In this document: positions 16,475 through 26,130 of the stretch, in pieces
How the letters are laid out: each line of letters starts with the position of its first letter
How positions within the stretch are numbered: the first letter of the stretch is position 1
Source: Candidatus Hodarchaeota archaeon
Lineage (GTDB): Archaea; Asgardarchaeota; Heimdallarchaeia; Hodarchaeales; Hodarchaeaceae
Length of the DNA: 33,081 nt
Assembly: GCA_016840035.1 (NCBI GenBank)
Contig: JAEOTC010000069.1
Location: 1-33,081, forward strand
Reading direction: 5' to 3'
Program-made: the position numbers and the translations under genes
The notes under the pieces: model-generated
Told to the model about the DNA's origin: nothing
What the model saw: only the letters and a program-made list of their open reading frames with translations
Databases searched by the model: none

Positions 16475-16906
16475 ATCCCTGCGAAAAAGAAATCGAAGAA
16501 GCTACCGATTCGTGATATTTATCTAATTCATGAATCAGGCTTATGTTTGGTATCAACTCATTATTACAAGGGAGAATCAGAGCCAAATATGATCAGTGGA
16601 TTTCTAATCGCAATGGCAAACTTTGCAGAGAGAATCATGGGGGAGGCAATCCAAGAAATCAAGCTTGATCAACATTTAATCATATACAAAATCATTCGAC
16701 CAATTCTTGTAGCTATTGTCACAAGTCCCCAAGGAGCATCTAAACGAAAAATGAATTTATTAATGAAGGTAATTCTAACTCAGTTTTTCGAAGAGTATGC
16801 AGGATATCTCCAAGAAGGGTTAATTGAGCCTACTATGTTCTCAGATTTTAAGAAAGCCCTTGACAATATGATGAAAGTATATTTTACCATGAAACAGATA
16901 AAATAA
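16475..16906 (+). CDS. Longin-like domain protein (probable non-canonical ATC start)
   Basis: The frame extends upstream of the ORF-track TTG (16547) as IPAKKKSKKLPIRDIYLIHESGLCLVS, followed by MISGFLIAMANFAERIMGEAIQEI, a longin-type beta-beta-alpha pattern. GGAGGCGA lies 6 nt before ATC 16475. Confidence 0.7.
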   Translation: MPAKKKSKKLPIRDIYLIHESGLCLVSTHYYKGESEPNMISGFLIAMANFAERIMGEAIQEIKLDQHLIIYKIIRPILVAIVTSPQGASKRKMNLLMKVILTQFFEEYAGYLQEGLIEPTMFSDFKKALDNMMKVYFTMKQIK

Positions 16907-17004
16907 AACCTTCAATTCACCCTAGACTATTAATTAAATGGATAATAATTAGTATAATTCCAACAGTAAATTCCCCTTTCCTAACCAGCAGTTTAACTCG
17001 ATTA

Positions 17005-20000
17005 TTATTCTCCATTTTTTCTAAATCGACTAGCTCCCTTCAGCCATATGTCTTTTGAAAAAGCCATTATTTGCTTTCGAAAGTAAATTGCCAGAGCAAG
17101 GAGAACAACGCTGGAAATCCCGATAAATCCAACATGTAGTATCGGTATGCTGGAGTCCAAAGGAGCGGGATCTGATCCGTCTTTCCAGCCATCATTGTCG
17201 GTATCAGCATCTAAAGGATCAGTGCCAATAGATAATTCTTCTGAATCGGTTAATCCATCATCATCTGTGTCAGATTTCAAAGGATCAGTAAAATAGGTGT
17301 AAATTTCTTCGTAATCATCTAATTCATCATAATCTGTATCTTTTTGAGCAGGGTTGGTTCCAAATTCATATTCAATCGAATCATTTATTCCATCATTGTC
17401 TGAATCATAATCATGAAGACCCGAAAACCCATCTTTGTCTGGATCCCCAGCTGGATCTTCTCCCCAAAATTGGAAGTAGTCGTGTTCAACACCATCAGTT
17501 AATCCATCATCATCTGTATCGATCTCATAGTATAAAGTTTCGTAAACAATAGTTTCTTCATAATCCGATAAACCATCTTCATCAAAATCATAATCCCATC
17601 CATCTAATATTCCATCATTGTTTTCATCCGAGTTTAGGGGTTGGGTTAGATAATAATTAATTTCCACGCCGTCATATATTCCATCATTGTCTGAATCTGG
17701 ATCAATGGGATCAGTAGAGTAGAAAAAGATCTCCTCAGAATCAATAAGCCCATCATTATCGGTATCATTATAAAATGGATTTGTATCATAAAGATTTATT
17801 TCTTCTCCATCGAGGAGGAGATCATAGTCAGAATCGTTATTCAACGGATGTGTATGCAGAACGGATTTTTCAAGCCCATCAGGTAGACCATCATTGTCTG
17901 TATCAGAATTTTTAGGATCTGTTTTGTTAACAGGGAGAGTAGAATTATAGTATTCAATAAATAACTCATATTTATCAGCTAGCTGATCATTATCGGTATC
18001 ATACGACTTTGGATTTGTATGGTAAACATACAATTCCTCAAAATCACTCAATCCGTCTTGGTCAGTATCACTAATGTGAGGATTGGTAGAATTAACTTCT
18101 GAACCATCGGAAAGTCCATCAGAATCTGTGTCATTATTAACAGGATTAGTGATAATAGATGTAAAGTTCACCTCGTAATCATGAGTTGGAAATCTAATGT
18201 AAGTATAATTTGTCACCCCGTACTTTTCGGTACCTTCAATTAAACCATCATCATCGGTATCATTATCAGTTGGATCTGTTATATATCCCCCACGAAGGGC
18301 AGCGATACTAGTATAATAAGTAGCACGAGTAACTTGAATCTGTAAGGGGGGTCCTTCAGCATTTCCAATTGTCACTACACCTGTCCGATCCCGTGCCTCA
18401 TAAGTCCGCTTGGAGTACCAATTCCAACTATAAACCTCTTCAAAATCGCTAATTCCATCATTATCAGTATCGGGGTGCATAGGGTTAGTTATTACTGATA
18501 AATTATTATTCATAACTGTAACATCGATTCCACTAACCTCTAAACCGTCTATCAACCCATCTCCGTCGGTGTCAATATTTGTGGGATCTGTATACACAAC
18601 ACCTGCATAATATGGAATTCCATTCACTTCTACTCCATCCAATAAACCGTCTGAATCAGTATCATTATTTAATGGATCGGTAAAGTATAGTAGTTGTCCT
18701 GGAAGTCCCGTAAATGGATCAATATAATTGAATCCATATCCTCGAACCTCTTCGTAATCACTAATTAGATCAGTATCGGTATCCTGGATTGTTGGATTGG
18801 TTCCTAAAGCTAACTCTTCTCCATCAAGCAATTTATCATTATCTGAATCATTGTCCTGAATACCCATGATTCCATCAAAATCAAAATCTTCGAGTGGAGA
18901 GAATGGGCCATATGCTTCGAAATAAAATGGTTCATCTCCGTCAAATATCTGGTCATCATCACTATCAGGATCAGTTGGAAAACTATTCCAGAAAATTATC
19001 TCTTCATGATCTGGAAGGCCATCGTTATCACTATCAGGACTAAGGGGATTTGGGTAAACCGTTTTTGAATTTCCATGCCACAAAATAGTTTGGCCCATTA
19101 CTTCTTCAAAATCAGTTAATAAATCTGAATCTGTATCACTCAACGTAGGGTCAGTTCTATGAAGTAAAACTTCGCTTCCATCTTTTAATCCTTCCCCATC
19201 TGTATCTGGATCTGTAACATTCACCAGTCTACCACCATACACCCCGGAAACGGATAAACTTTCTTCAGTTCCATCTAATAATGCATCATTATCTGAATCA
19301 TTATCCATAATTCCTGTAAGTCCATCTCCATCAAAATCGCTTGAAGGAGTGAACGGAGAAGTTAATACTGATTGGAAGTATCCAACTTCTGGTCCATCTA
19401 TTAACCCATCTCCATCACTATCCATTTTGAGAGGATCACTTAACCAAGTTAATACTTCATTCCCATCTGTTAACCCATCATCATCAGTATCTGAATCAAG
19501 AGGGGAAGTTCCATGTTGATATTCCTCTACGTTAGATAGAAGATCAGTATCATTATCAGTGGAGTTATCACTCGGATCGAAGGGATTAAAACCGTACTTA
19601 TCTTCCCACATATTTGGCATTCCATCGTGATCACTATCAGCCCATTTATCATCACTGGGGTCTGTTAAATCGAAAGTATAGGTTACATTGTTGGCTTCTA
19701 CCTCTGCACCATCTCCAACTCCGCCTTCATCAGAATCAAAGTCCATTATTCCGGTCTCACTATCAACGTCATAATTACTTGTTGGGCCAAAACCTGGATC
19801 AATTACTGTAAAGTTGGTTATTTCATAGGCATCCAACAGTCGATCCGCATCACTATCATTTTTAAGCGGTTTACTGTGCCAATAAAGAATTTCTAACCCA
19901 TCTGAAATTGTGTCCTCATCTGTATCCGCAATAGTAGGATCAGTTCCGTAAATTAGATATTCACTATCTAAAAGACCATCGCTATCAGAATCATTTACAT

Positions 20001-22344
20001 CTGGTTTCGTTTGACGTAAATCTGTACCAGTAATTACCTCTTCGTAATCACTAAGGCCATCATTATCAGTATCTTTCTGACGAGGATTACTATAAACGGT
20101 TAATGGAGTTTCTTGCCAGGTAATTTCTGTTCCTACTGACATTTCATCAAAATCTGAAAGACCATCACCATCAGAATCTGTTTTATGGGGATTGGAGGTA
20201 AGCACAAAATCTTGGTACGTCCCAGTAGAGTGATCATACAAATTCACAGCAGTACCAAGAATCTCTTCACCATCTGAAAGTCCATCACCGTCAGAATCCA
20301 TTTGATTCCAAATAATCGAATAAACCCTGGCCTCTTCAAAATCATTTATACCATCATTATCAGTATCGGGCATACTAGGATCGGAATTCATCGTTACCTC
20401 TTCTAAGTCATGTAAAAAGTCACCATCACTATCATAATTCATAGGATCACTATGAACTGAACGGATTATTCCATCAACGATGATTTCCAATGAGTCATCG
20501 ACTTCCTCCTTATCAGTGAGTCCATCACCATCGGTATCAATTTTTAGTGGATTAGAAGTGTAGAAATAGGGATTTATTCCCTTAACCTCTTCACCATCTA
20601 ATAAACCATCATTGTCACTATCTGGATCAAGAACATGACGAAGCCCATCAGAATCATAATCACCAAGAGGATCAACAAATTTGCCTTCAAAATAGCTTAC
20701 TTCTTCACCATCGTTCAATCCATCGTTATCAGAATCAGGATCGGTTGGAAAGGTCTCATACTCCCACAGTTCAACTCCATCAGGTAAGGTGTCGTTATCA
20801 CTATCTAATTTCTGGGGATCGGTCCCAATATCAATCTCGAAACTATCAGTCAATCCATCTCCATCCGAATCAATATTCATTTGCTTTCCTTCTGTTGATT
20901 CTGGGCCGATTTGCCAGCTATGTGTCCATTTATTTCGTTTATCCTTAAAGGGCCAAGGAACATCGATCTCGAAACCATACTCAAGAGTTAAAACTAAGAA
21001 ATTACCTTTACTTGTAAAATGAAAAGCTAGTTCCACTTCTGCTCCTCCTCCTACATCAACAACTGGAACATCTACATTCATGGAAACTCCAAAAAACACT
21101 GCTATAATATATTCATCATTACCATCAGCATTTGAAAAGATCTCGAACTCTCCACCTAAATATGGAGTAACTTTAACACGATTAAGCCCTCGTTTCACCT
21201 TTCCCCGTATTTTCTTTGGTAATTTATCCACTGTTTTTTTTGCTGAAGGCCAAATTTTTTCAATAAGGTCGTAAAGACCGATTGTTCTACTCAGCGTTAT
21301 TCTAACGCGTAAAGACCATTCTAACACTTCAATACGGGATACAGGATCGGTGATTATTTTCAGGAGAAAGGTTCCTTCGCCTTCGACAGCAATCTCCACT
21401 CCCGCTAATGCCTCAAGTAAAGTACCAGTTAATCCTGCCTGTTGTGTGGAGAAAGCAATAAAAATATTCCCTGATACAGTATCTTCTGATAAAACTGAGA
21501 GGGAAAAACTCCATTCTAACCCAAAAGCAGCAGAAACACCTCCTTCAGCAGTGCCATACCCCGAATCCTGGACACTCTCTTCGTATTCCCCTCCAACAGT
21601 TAGTGTCTCTCCCTCAAAGGCTCCTAATATTGAGTCAATGATCAAACCTACAGGGCCAGCATATCCAGATGAATCTGGTAGAGATATAGTGGCTGTTTTC
21701 ATTGGATCTACTGGAAACAAGCTTCGAAAAACGAGGTCAGCAAGATTTGTTTGGATGTACTCAAAAGTCTTTGCCAGGATATCTTCTCCAGATTGTCTAT
21801 ACTGAACCTTTGGATTATCCTGAAGCATTGAGCTAATTGAGATCAATGATTCAATGAGTAAGACTTCGATATCCTTCTCCCCCTCAACTGTGAGAACATC
21901 TTTCCTTCCTTTATGTAGTATATCAAGTTGATTTGAATAACAAGACATAACTGCATGTTTTTTCGTTACAGAATTCTCAATAATTTTTGCAAAATCAATC
22001 CAAGAGGTTTCATCTTCACTTATGGAGATCCCACTTTCAGTTCCATGGAAAAAATAGAAATTCATTAGTCCTTGACCCCTTGAATTTATCAATAACTGAT
22101 TTATTGAGTTAATATCGTAAAAAATAATCGAAGAATAATATGGTTGTACAACTCTCCTTAGGTTGGCGACAGCCTGTTGGATAGCTACATCTGTTCCGTC
22201 ATAAAAAACATTAATTTCTAATGGATCATTAGAAGCGCTAATATTCTTAAATATCGCTTCTGTAGCAGGATTAGTCACCATAGTTATTACTATAACTAAA
22301 AATATTAAATTTCTTAAGCAATGAATACTATAAGATGGTCTCAT
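17005..22344 (-). CDS. Giant membrane-anchored surface protein: clan CD protease-like N-domain, beta-rich domain, long TSP type-3-like Ca-binding repeat stalk
   Basis: N-terminal signal peptide; FFHG (H100)...MSC (C135); dozens of P-x3-D[ST]DxDG[LI]xDxxE repeats from aa ~490; C-terminal TM plus basic tail. Confidence 0.85.
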   Translation of the reverse strand: MRPSYSIHCLRNLIFLVIVITMVTNPATEAIFKNISASNDPLEINVFYDGTDVAIQQAVANLRRVVQPYYSSIIFYDINSINQLLINSRGQGLMNFYFFHGTESGISISEDETSWIDFAKIIENSVTKKHAVMSCYSNQLDILHKGRKDVLTVEGEKDIEVLLIESLISISSMLQDNPKVQYRQSGEDILAKTFEYIQTNLADLVFRSLFPVDPMKTATISLPDSSGYAGPVGLIIDSILGAFEGETLTVGGEYEESVQDSGYGTAEGGVSAAFGLEWSFSLSVLSEDTVSGNIFIAFSTQQAGLTGTLLEALAGVEIAVEGEGTFLLKIITDPVSRIEVLEWSLRVRITLSRTIGLYDLIEKIWPSAKKTVDKLPKKIRGKVKRGLNRVKVTPYLGGEFEIFSNADGNDEYIIAVFFGVSMNVDVPVVDVGGGAEVELAFHFTSKGNFLVLTLEYGFEIDVPWPFKDKRNKWTHSWQIGPESTEGKQMNIDSDGDGLTDSFEIDIGTDPQKLDSDNDTLPDGVELWEYETFPTDPDSDNDGLNDGEEVSYFEGKFVDPLGDYDSDGLRHVLDPDSDNDGLLDGEEVKGINPYFYTSNPLKIDTDGDGLTDKEEVDDSLEIIVDGIIRSVHSDPMNYDSDGDFLHDLEEVTMNSDPSMPDTDNDGINDFEEARVYSIIWNQMDSDGDGLSDGEEILGTAVNLYDHSTGTYQDFVLTSNPHKTDSDGDGLSDFDEMSVGTEITWQETPLTVYSNPRQKDTDNDGLSDYEEVITGTDLRQTKPDVNDSDSDGLLDSEYLIYGTDPTIADTDEDTISDGLEILYWHSKPLKNDSDADRLLDAYEITNFTVIDPGFGPTSNYDVDSETGIMDFDSDEGGVGDGAEVEANNVTYTFDLTDPSDDKWADSDHDGMPNMWEDKYGFNPFDPSDNSTDNDTDLLSNVEEYQHGTSPLDSDTDDDGLTDGNEVLTWLSDPLKMDSDGDGLIDGPEVGYFQSVLTSPFTPSSDFDGDGLTGIMDNDSDNDALLDGTEESLSVSGVYGGRLVNVTDPDTDGEGLKDGSEVLLHRTDPTLSDTDSDLLTDFEEVMGQTILWHGNSKTVYPNPLSPDSDNDGLPDHEEIIFWNSFPTDPDSDDDQIFDGDEPFYFEAYGPFSPLEDFDFDGIMGIQDNDSDNDKLLDGEELALGTNPTIQDTDTDLISDYEEVRGYGFNYIDPFTGLPGQLLYFTDPLNNDTDSDGLLDGVEVNGIPYYAGVVYTDPTNIDTDGDGLIDGLEVSGIDVTVMNNNLSVITNPMHPDTDNDGISDFEEVYSWNWYSKRTYEARDRTGVVTIGNAEGPPLQIQVTRATYYTSIAALRGGYITDPTDNDTDDDGLIEGTEKYGVTNYTYIRFPTHDYEVNFTSIITNPVNNDTDSDGLSDGSEVNSTNPHISDTDQDGLSDFEELYVYHTNPKSYDTDNDQLADKYELFIEYYNSTLPVNKTDPKNSDTDNDGLPDGLEKSVLHTHPLNNDSDYDLLLDGEEINLYDTNPFYNDTDNDGLIDSEEIFFYSTDPIDPDSDNDGIYDGVEINYYLTQPLNSDENNDGILDGWDYDFDEDGLSDYEETIVYETLYYEIDTDDDGLTDGVEHDYFQFWGEDPAGDPDKDGFSGLHDYDSDNDGINDSIEYEFGTNPAQKDTDYDELDDYEEIYTYFTDPLKSDTDDDGLTDSEELSIGTDPLDADTDNDGWKDGSDPAPLDSSIPILHVGFIGISSVVLLALAIYFRKQIMAFSKDIWLKGASRFRKNGE
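17150..20875 (-). repeat. Protein-level DxDxDGLxDxxE repeat array
   Basis: Recurrent ccatcattatcagtatc-like DNA, reflecting the coding repeats. Confidence 0.85.
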
Positions 22345-22633
22345 TCTTGTAAAACTCCTAAAAGTATTAAATTATCATAAACGGATGAGAAGGATAGTTA
22401 CATTGTTGTATTGTAATTTCACTCTAAAAAGGTTTACAGTGTGAATGACTGAAATCATGTATTTTTCTTTGAATAGAATGATTTCTGATTAATATAAACA
22501 AACTCAACAGTTTGCTTTTTCTTTTCTCTAGATAATTCGTTAGTGGATCAATACCTGCGGATGATTGTTTCAATCTAGTTTATTAAGTTGTAAAATATAT
22601 TATACTCGATAACCAATAATTAGGAAGAAAAAT

Positions 22634-22825
22634 ATGCTTGATCCTGAATTTTGGAGTTTACTTGACCAACGTTTAGCTGTCTACGCTCAATATGTTCGAG
22701 AAAATGGAAAAAAAGTGAAAAAATCTCCGAAAAATCAGTTCAAAACAGATAGACAACTATATGAGGATAAATTAGATCATTTTCTCCAATTAATGAATGT
22801 CTATGACAGGCTAAAGAGTCTATAA
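22634..22825 (+). CDS. Small hypothetical protein
   Basis: 63 aa, ATG with AGGAAG upstream, sits alone in an intergenic gap, helical-looking. Confidence 0.55.
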   Translation: MLDPEFWSLLDQRLAVYAQYVRENGKKVKKSPKNQFKTDRQLYEDKLDHFLQLMNVYDRLKSL

Positions 22826-22865
22826 ACAAAATTCCATCAGTCTAATTCTGGTAACCGATTTAGTT

Positions 22866-24047
22866 CTATTCTTCAAGTTTAAAGACTGAGATTTTCTCAG
22901 CTAGCCCCTCTGCAAGTTCTGCTAGAGCTTTTGAGGTTACGGTGAGTTGATGCATCGAAGTTGATTGTTCCTCTGTTGCTGCTGCAACCTGCTCGCTAGA
23001 TGCACTATATTCTTCAGAATTCGTTGCAAATCTTTGTAGGATTTCTTGGAGCTTAATGACATTCCCACCTATATTTGTAACTAGCTTCTCATTTAGTTTT
23101 GCAATATCTCCGGAATAAGAGGCTGTTTCTTCAGCTAGACGTCTTACATTATCTGCAACCACAGCAAATCCCCTTCCATATTCCCCTGCTCGTGCCGCTT
23201 CAATTGCTGCATTGAGAGCCAAGATATTTGTCTGACTTGCCACGTCGTTTATGACTTTCAAAGTTGTTTCGACATCTCCCAATGTGTCCTCAAAATCATC
23301 AGTCATTTTTTGGATTCCATCAATCGCCTTCACTGACATTTCCGTTTGAACTGTTGCTCCCCTACTGATTTGTTGGATAGTTGCTGCGATCTCTTCACTT
23401 AATGCATTTACTTCTTCTGAAGTTGTAGCTAATCCGTCAGAGTCTTCAGCTAGAGTTTTTACACTATTTTTGAGTGAGGTTACAATAACTACAAGATAAT
23501 CAACAAGCGTTCTATAAGCAGTCTGTAATTCAGCGTATTCTTTTCCATATTGGTGGATCGGAGATAATTGATGATGGAGCTCACCTTTTGCTAGTTTCTG
23601 AGTATCATTTGTTATATCAGTGAGTGGTTGTTTCACAGACCGTATAGTGAAGAGGATTAGAAATAAACTAAAAATTGACCCAAAACTATATATGGGGAGA
23701 GTATAGTACAAACTTCCTCCTAAGGACAGGATCATTAATGTGCAATTAATTGATAGGGCTACTACAATTGCTATATTGAAAGATATCTTGTAATAAACAC
23801 TATTCCCATACAAAATTCTAAAGAGCACAATCATGCCAATATCTGAAGTTAACGAAAGCAATAGGAAAAGATTAATTCCTAAATCAGTTTGGGAAAGCTC
23901 TGAAGGAATGAAATTGACTACTATAAATAGAAATCCCGTTATTCCAGCAGATATAAAGAAAAATCGCAAATAACTAAGGATAAAATTTGGATTATCAAAG
24001 AAAAAGGATAGAATTTTCTCTAGGAAGTGTTTTTGTTGCTTGAACAT
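22866..24047 (-). CDS. Methyl-accepting chemotaxis protein (4 TM, HAMP, MCP signalling domain)
   Basis: [35 protein letters not shown]; HAMP-like PLTDI...LAKGEL...EYAEL. Confidence 0.93.
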   Translation of the reverse strand: MFKQQKHFLEKILSFFFDNPNFILSYLRFFFISAGITGFLFIVVNFIPSELSQTDLGINLFLLLSLTSDIGMIVLFRILYGNSVYYKISFNIAIVVALSINCTLMILSLGGSLYYTLPIYSFGSIFSLFLILFTIRSVKQPLTDITNDTQKLAKGELHHQLSPIHQYGKEYAELQTAYRTLVDYLVVIVTSLKNSVKTLAEDSDGLATTSEEVNALSEEIAATIQQISRGATVQTEMSVKAIDGIQKMTDDFEDTLGDVETTLKVINDVASQTNILALNAAIEAARAGEYGRGFAVVADNVRRLAEETASYSGDIAKLNEKLVTNIGGNVIKLQEILQRFATNSEEYSASSEQVAAATEEQSTSMHQLTVTSKALAELAEGLAEKISVFKLEE

Positions 24048-24399
24048 AGGAGAGGATCACACCCTTAAAAGAGATTTGATTGTATATATTTGGAACTCCT
24101 CATTTTAACAGCTGTAGAAATTATATTATAGATACTCGTATTATACACACAACATCTGACTTAAATCGAATGAAAGCAACTCTTCCTTTTTCTTCACTCC
24201 CTCATTAACGCAGATGGGTTATTTTTAAACATATGAACGAGCTGAGTTTTTTGAATCCGTTCTAATCGCCGAAATTTTTGCATAGGGGTAAAACGAGGTA
24301 ATCATTTAAAAATACCAATCTCCGACTCCCTGCTAGATGCTATTATAGTCTCAAGATATAGTGAGTAAGTGGGAATTAAGAAAATATGAGTGAATCCTA

Positions 24400-24828
24400 A
24401 TGATAAAAATAAAACCTTACCTGCAAGTTACCAATGGGAAACGAGCTATTGAACAATACAAAGAGATCTTTAACGCTGAGCTCATCGAACATCAAGCATT
24501 TTCGAAAGAAATTGGAAAAGAATTTGGTTTACCCGAAGATTTTGACTATGAAGATTCCACAATGCACGCTGAATTAAAGATTGGCGACTCAAGCCTTTAT
24601 TTGTCCGATAATACTAATCTTCAACAAGAACTATCTAACAATGTTGAAATTGTTTTAGATCTGGATTCTAAAGAAAAAATCGATACGATTTATTCGAAAG
24701 TTCAGGAACTAAACTTGAAAATCAAAATGGAATTGCAAAAGACTTTTTGGGGGGCTTTTTATGCTCGTTTTGAAGATGAGTTTGGAATCGGATGGCAATT
24801 AAATTTTACTGACACCCAAGAAAAATAA
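24400..24828 (+). CDS. VOC/glyoxalase family, PhnB-like protein
   Basis: IKPYL, MHAELKIGD...LSD, LQKTFWGAFYARFEDEFGIGWQLN. Confidence 0.9.
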   Translation: MIKIKPYLQVTNGKRAIEQYKEIFNAELIEHQAFSKEIGKEFGLPEDFDYEDSTMHAELKIGDSSLYLSDNTNLQQELSNNVEIVLDLDSKEKIDTIYSKVQELNLKIKMELQKTFWGAFYARFEDEFGIGWQLNFTDTQEK

Positions 24829-24850
24829 ATGAAAATTAGGAGCAGGATAA

Positions 24851-25012
24851 ATGTCTAACAAGAATGAAACCAGTAGTTGTGTTGTATGTACTAGTTCTGA
24901 AGAGGAAATACCAGTGATCTCAATAACATATAAATATAATCGAACCTGGGTATGTTTTAGTTGTCTTCCTCAGTTATTACATGGGAAGAAAGATATAAAT
25001 GATTATATCTAA
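24851..25012 (+). CDS. 53-aa zinc-finger-like microprotein (below ORF-track cutoff)
   Basis: MSNKNETSSCVVCTSSEEEIPVISITYKYNRTWVCFSCLPQLLHGKKDINDYI. Two CxxC pairs, AGGAG upstream, 22 nt after the VOC gene. Confidence 0.72.
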   Translation: MSNKNETSSCVVCTSSEEEIPVISITYKYNRTWVCFSCLPQLLHGKKDINDYI

Positions 25013-25244
25013 GTACTTATGAACATCACAAGAACCAAACAATTTTTAGTTAAAAAATTGATTGATAGGAAGAATTCTGTAATATCAGGATTAATCTTCC
25101 TTTTTTTCCTCAAATATTCTTACCTAAATAACTAATTCATTATGTATTTTGGGAAATTATATACCACAAACGCATATTATAAGAATACCCCCTTCTCTAG
25201 GTAGAATTAGTTATCTTAATCCTAAAAAAATTTGGAAAGTGATT

Positions 25245-25745
25245 ATGATGAGTGATGGTGCAAGTGTTATCAAACTTGGATATCGTGGTATTGCAGGATT
25301 CTTTGTTGGATTATTTATGTTCACATTAGGAATAACTGGTGGAGCATTGGCATTCTCAGGTGGAGTAGTTTTAGCTTTATCTTGGGTTCCCCTTGTCTAT
25401 CCAGAGATTGTAGAATACGGAACAATTGAAGGAACGGGTGCACAATTTGTAATTGATAATCCAGAACTTGTCACGCCATTGTTAATTGTTATAGGAATCG
25501 TATTAATCGGAGTAGGTTTTCTTCTTTTATTACTCACCTATAGTATCGGAAAAGGCGCAATCATTGTTGATAAAGAGATTTCTTCAGCTATCGATAGAAA
25601 CTTTCGATCAAAAGATCGTCTTAGTCAATTGGAACGGCTAGCTGATCTCAAAGAACGAGGAATTCTTACTAATGAGCAATTTGAAGCTGAAAGAACGAGA
25701 ATTCTCAATACTCCAACAGAGGAAAAATGGAAAGAAATCCAATAG
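25245..25745 (+). CDS. Membrane protein with C-terminal SHOCT domain
   Basis: TM helices then QLERLADLKERGILTNEQFEAERTRIL. ATG 25245/25248 is preferred to the TTG at 25149. Confidence 0.85.
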   Translation: MMSDGASVIKLGYRGIAGFFVGLFMFTLGITGGALAFSGGVVLALSWVPLVYPEIVEYGTIEGTGAQFVIDNPELVTPLLIVIGIVLIGVGFLLLLLTYSIGKGAIIVDKEISSAIDRNFRSKDRLSQLERLADLKERGILTNEQFEAERTRILNTPTEEKWKEIQ

Positions 25746-25769
25746 GATCAAGAAGATGAATAAAGCATA

Positions 25770-25808
25770 TTCGGGTTTCCCGAAATTTCTTCTATCTCCC
25801 CTTTTTTT
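25770..25808 (+). terminator. Hairpin plus T-rich tract
   Basis: TTCGGG-TTT-CCCGAA (25770-25784) followed by tttcttctatctcccctttttttc. Confidence 0.45.
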
Positions 25809-26130
25809 CGCTTAAACATACCTTGAAAATAATCTCAACTTAAACAATCAAAATACCAAACATTCAGAAATTTTTTTCTTAATTCAACTGCAAGAGGAGG
25901 GTCTATAATGTTTAGACAAGTACATAAAAAAATTAATAGATTAAGGATTCAACTATCCTTTAATCTGCTATAATACAATTACAACTTGAAATCTAATTTT
26001 TATGATTACTGAATTTAATACTGACTCATGTCGAATCGTATTGGCCCACTTCCTTTGTAATAATCCAAATATCTTATAAGTGAAGGCAAGTTATGACTGC
26101 GAGAGGCCTTATTGGTTTTTGGTGAATATT

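Noticed and set aside
17150-20875. CRISPR-like or DNA tandem repeat array
   Set aside because: The repeats are degenerate, codon-phased and fully explained by DxDxDG protein repeats.
19614-21805. Plus-strand ORFs inside the giant gene
   Set aside because: Antisense shadows of the 1779-aa CDS.
24194-24283. 29-codon minus-strand ORF (MQKFRRLERIQK...) upstream of the MCP
   Set aside because: Short, with no SD or motif support.
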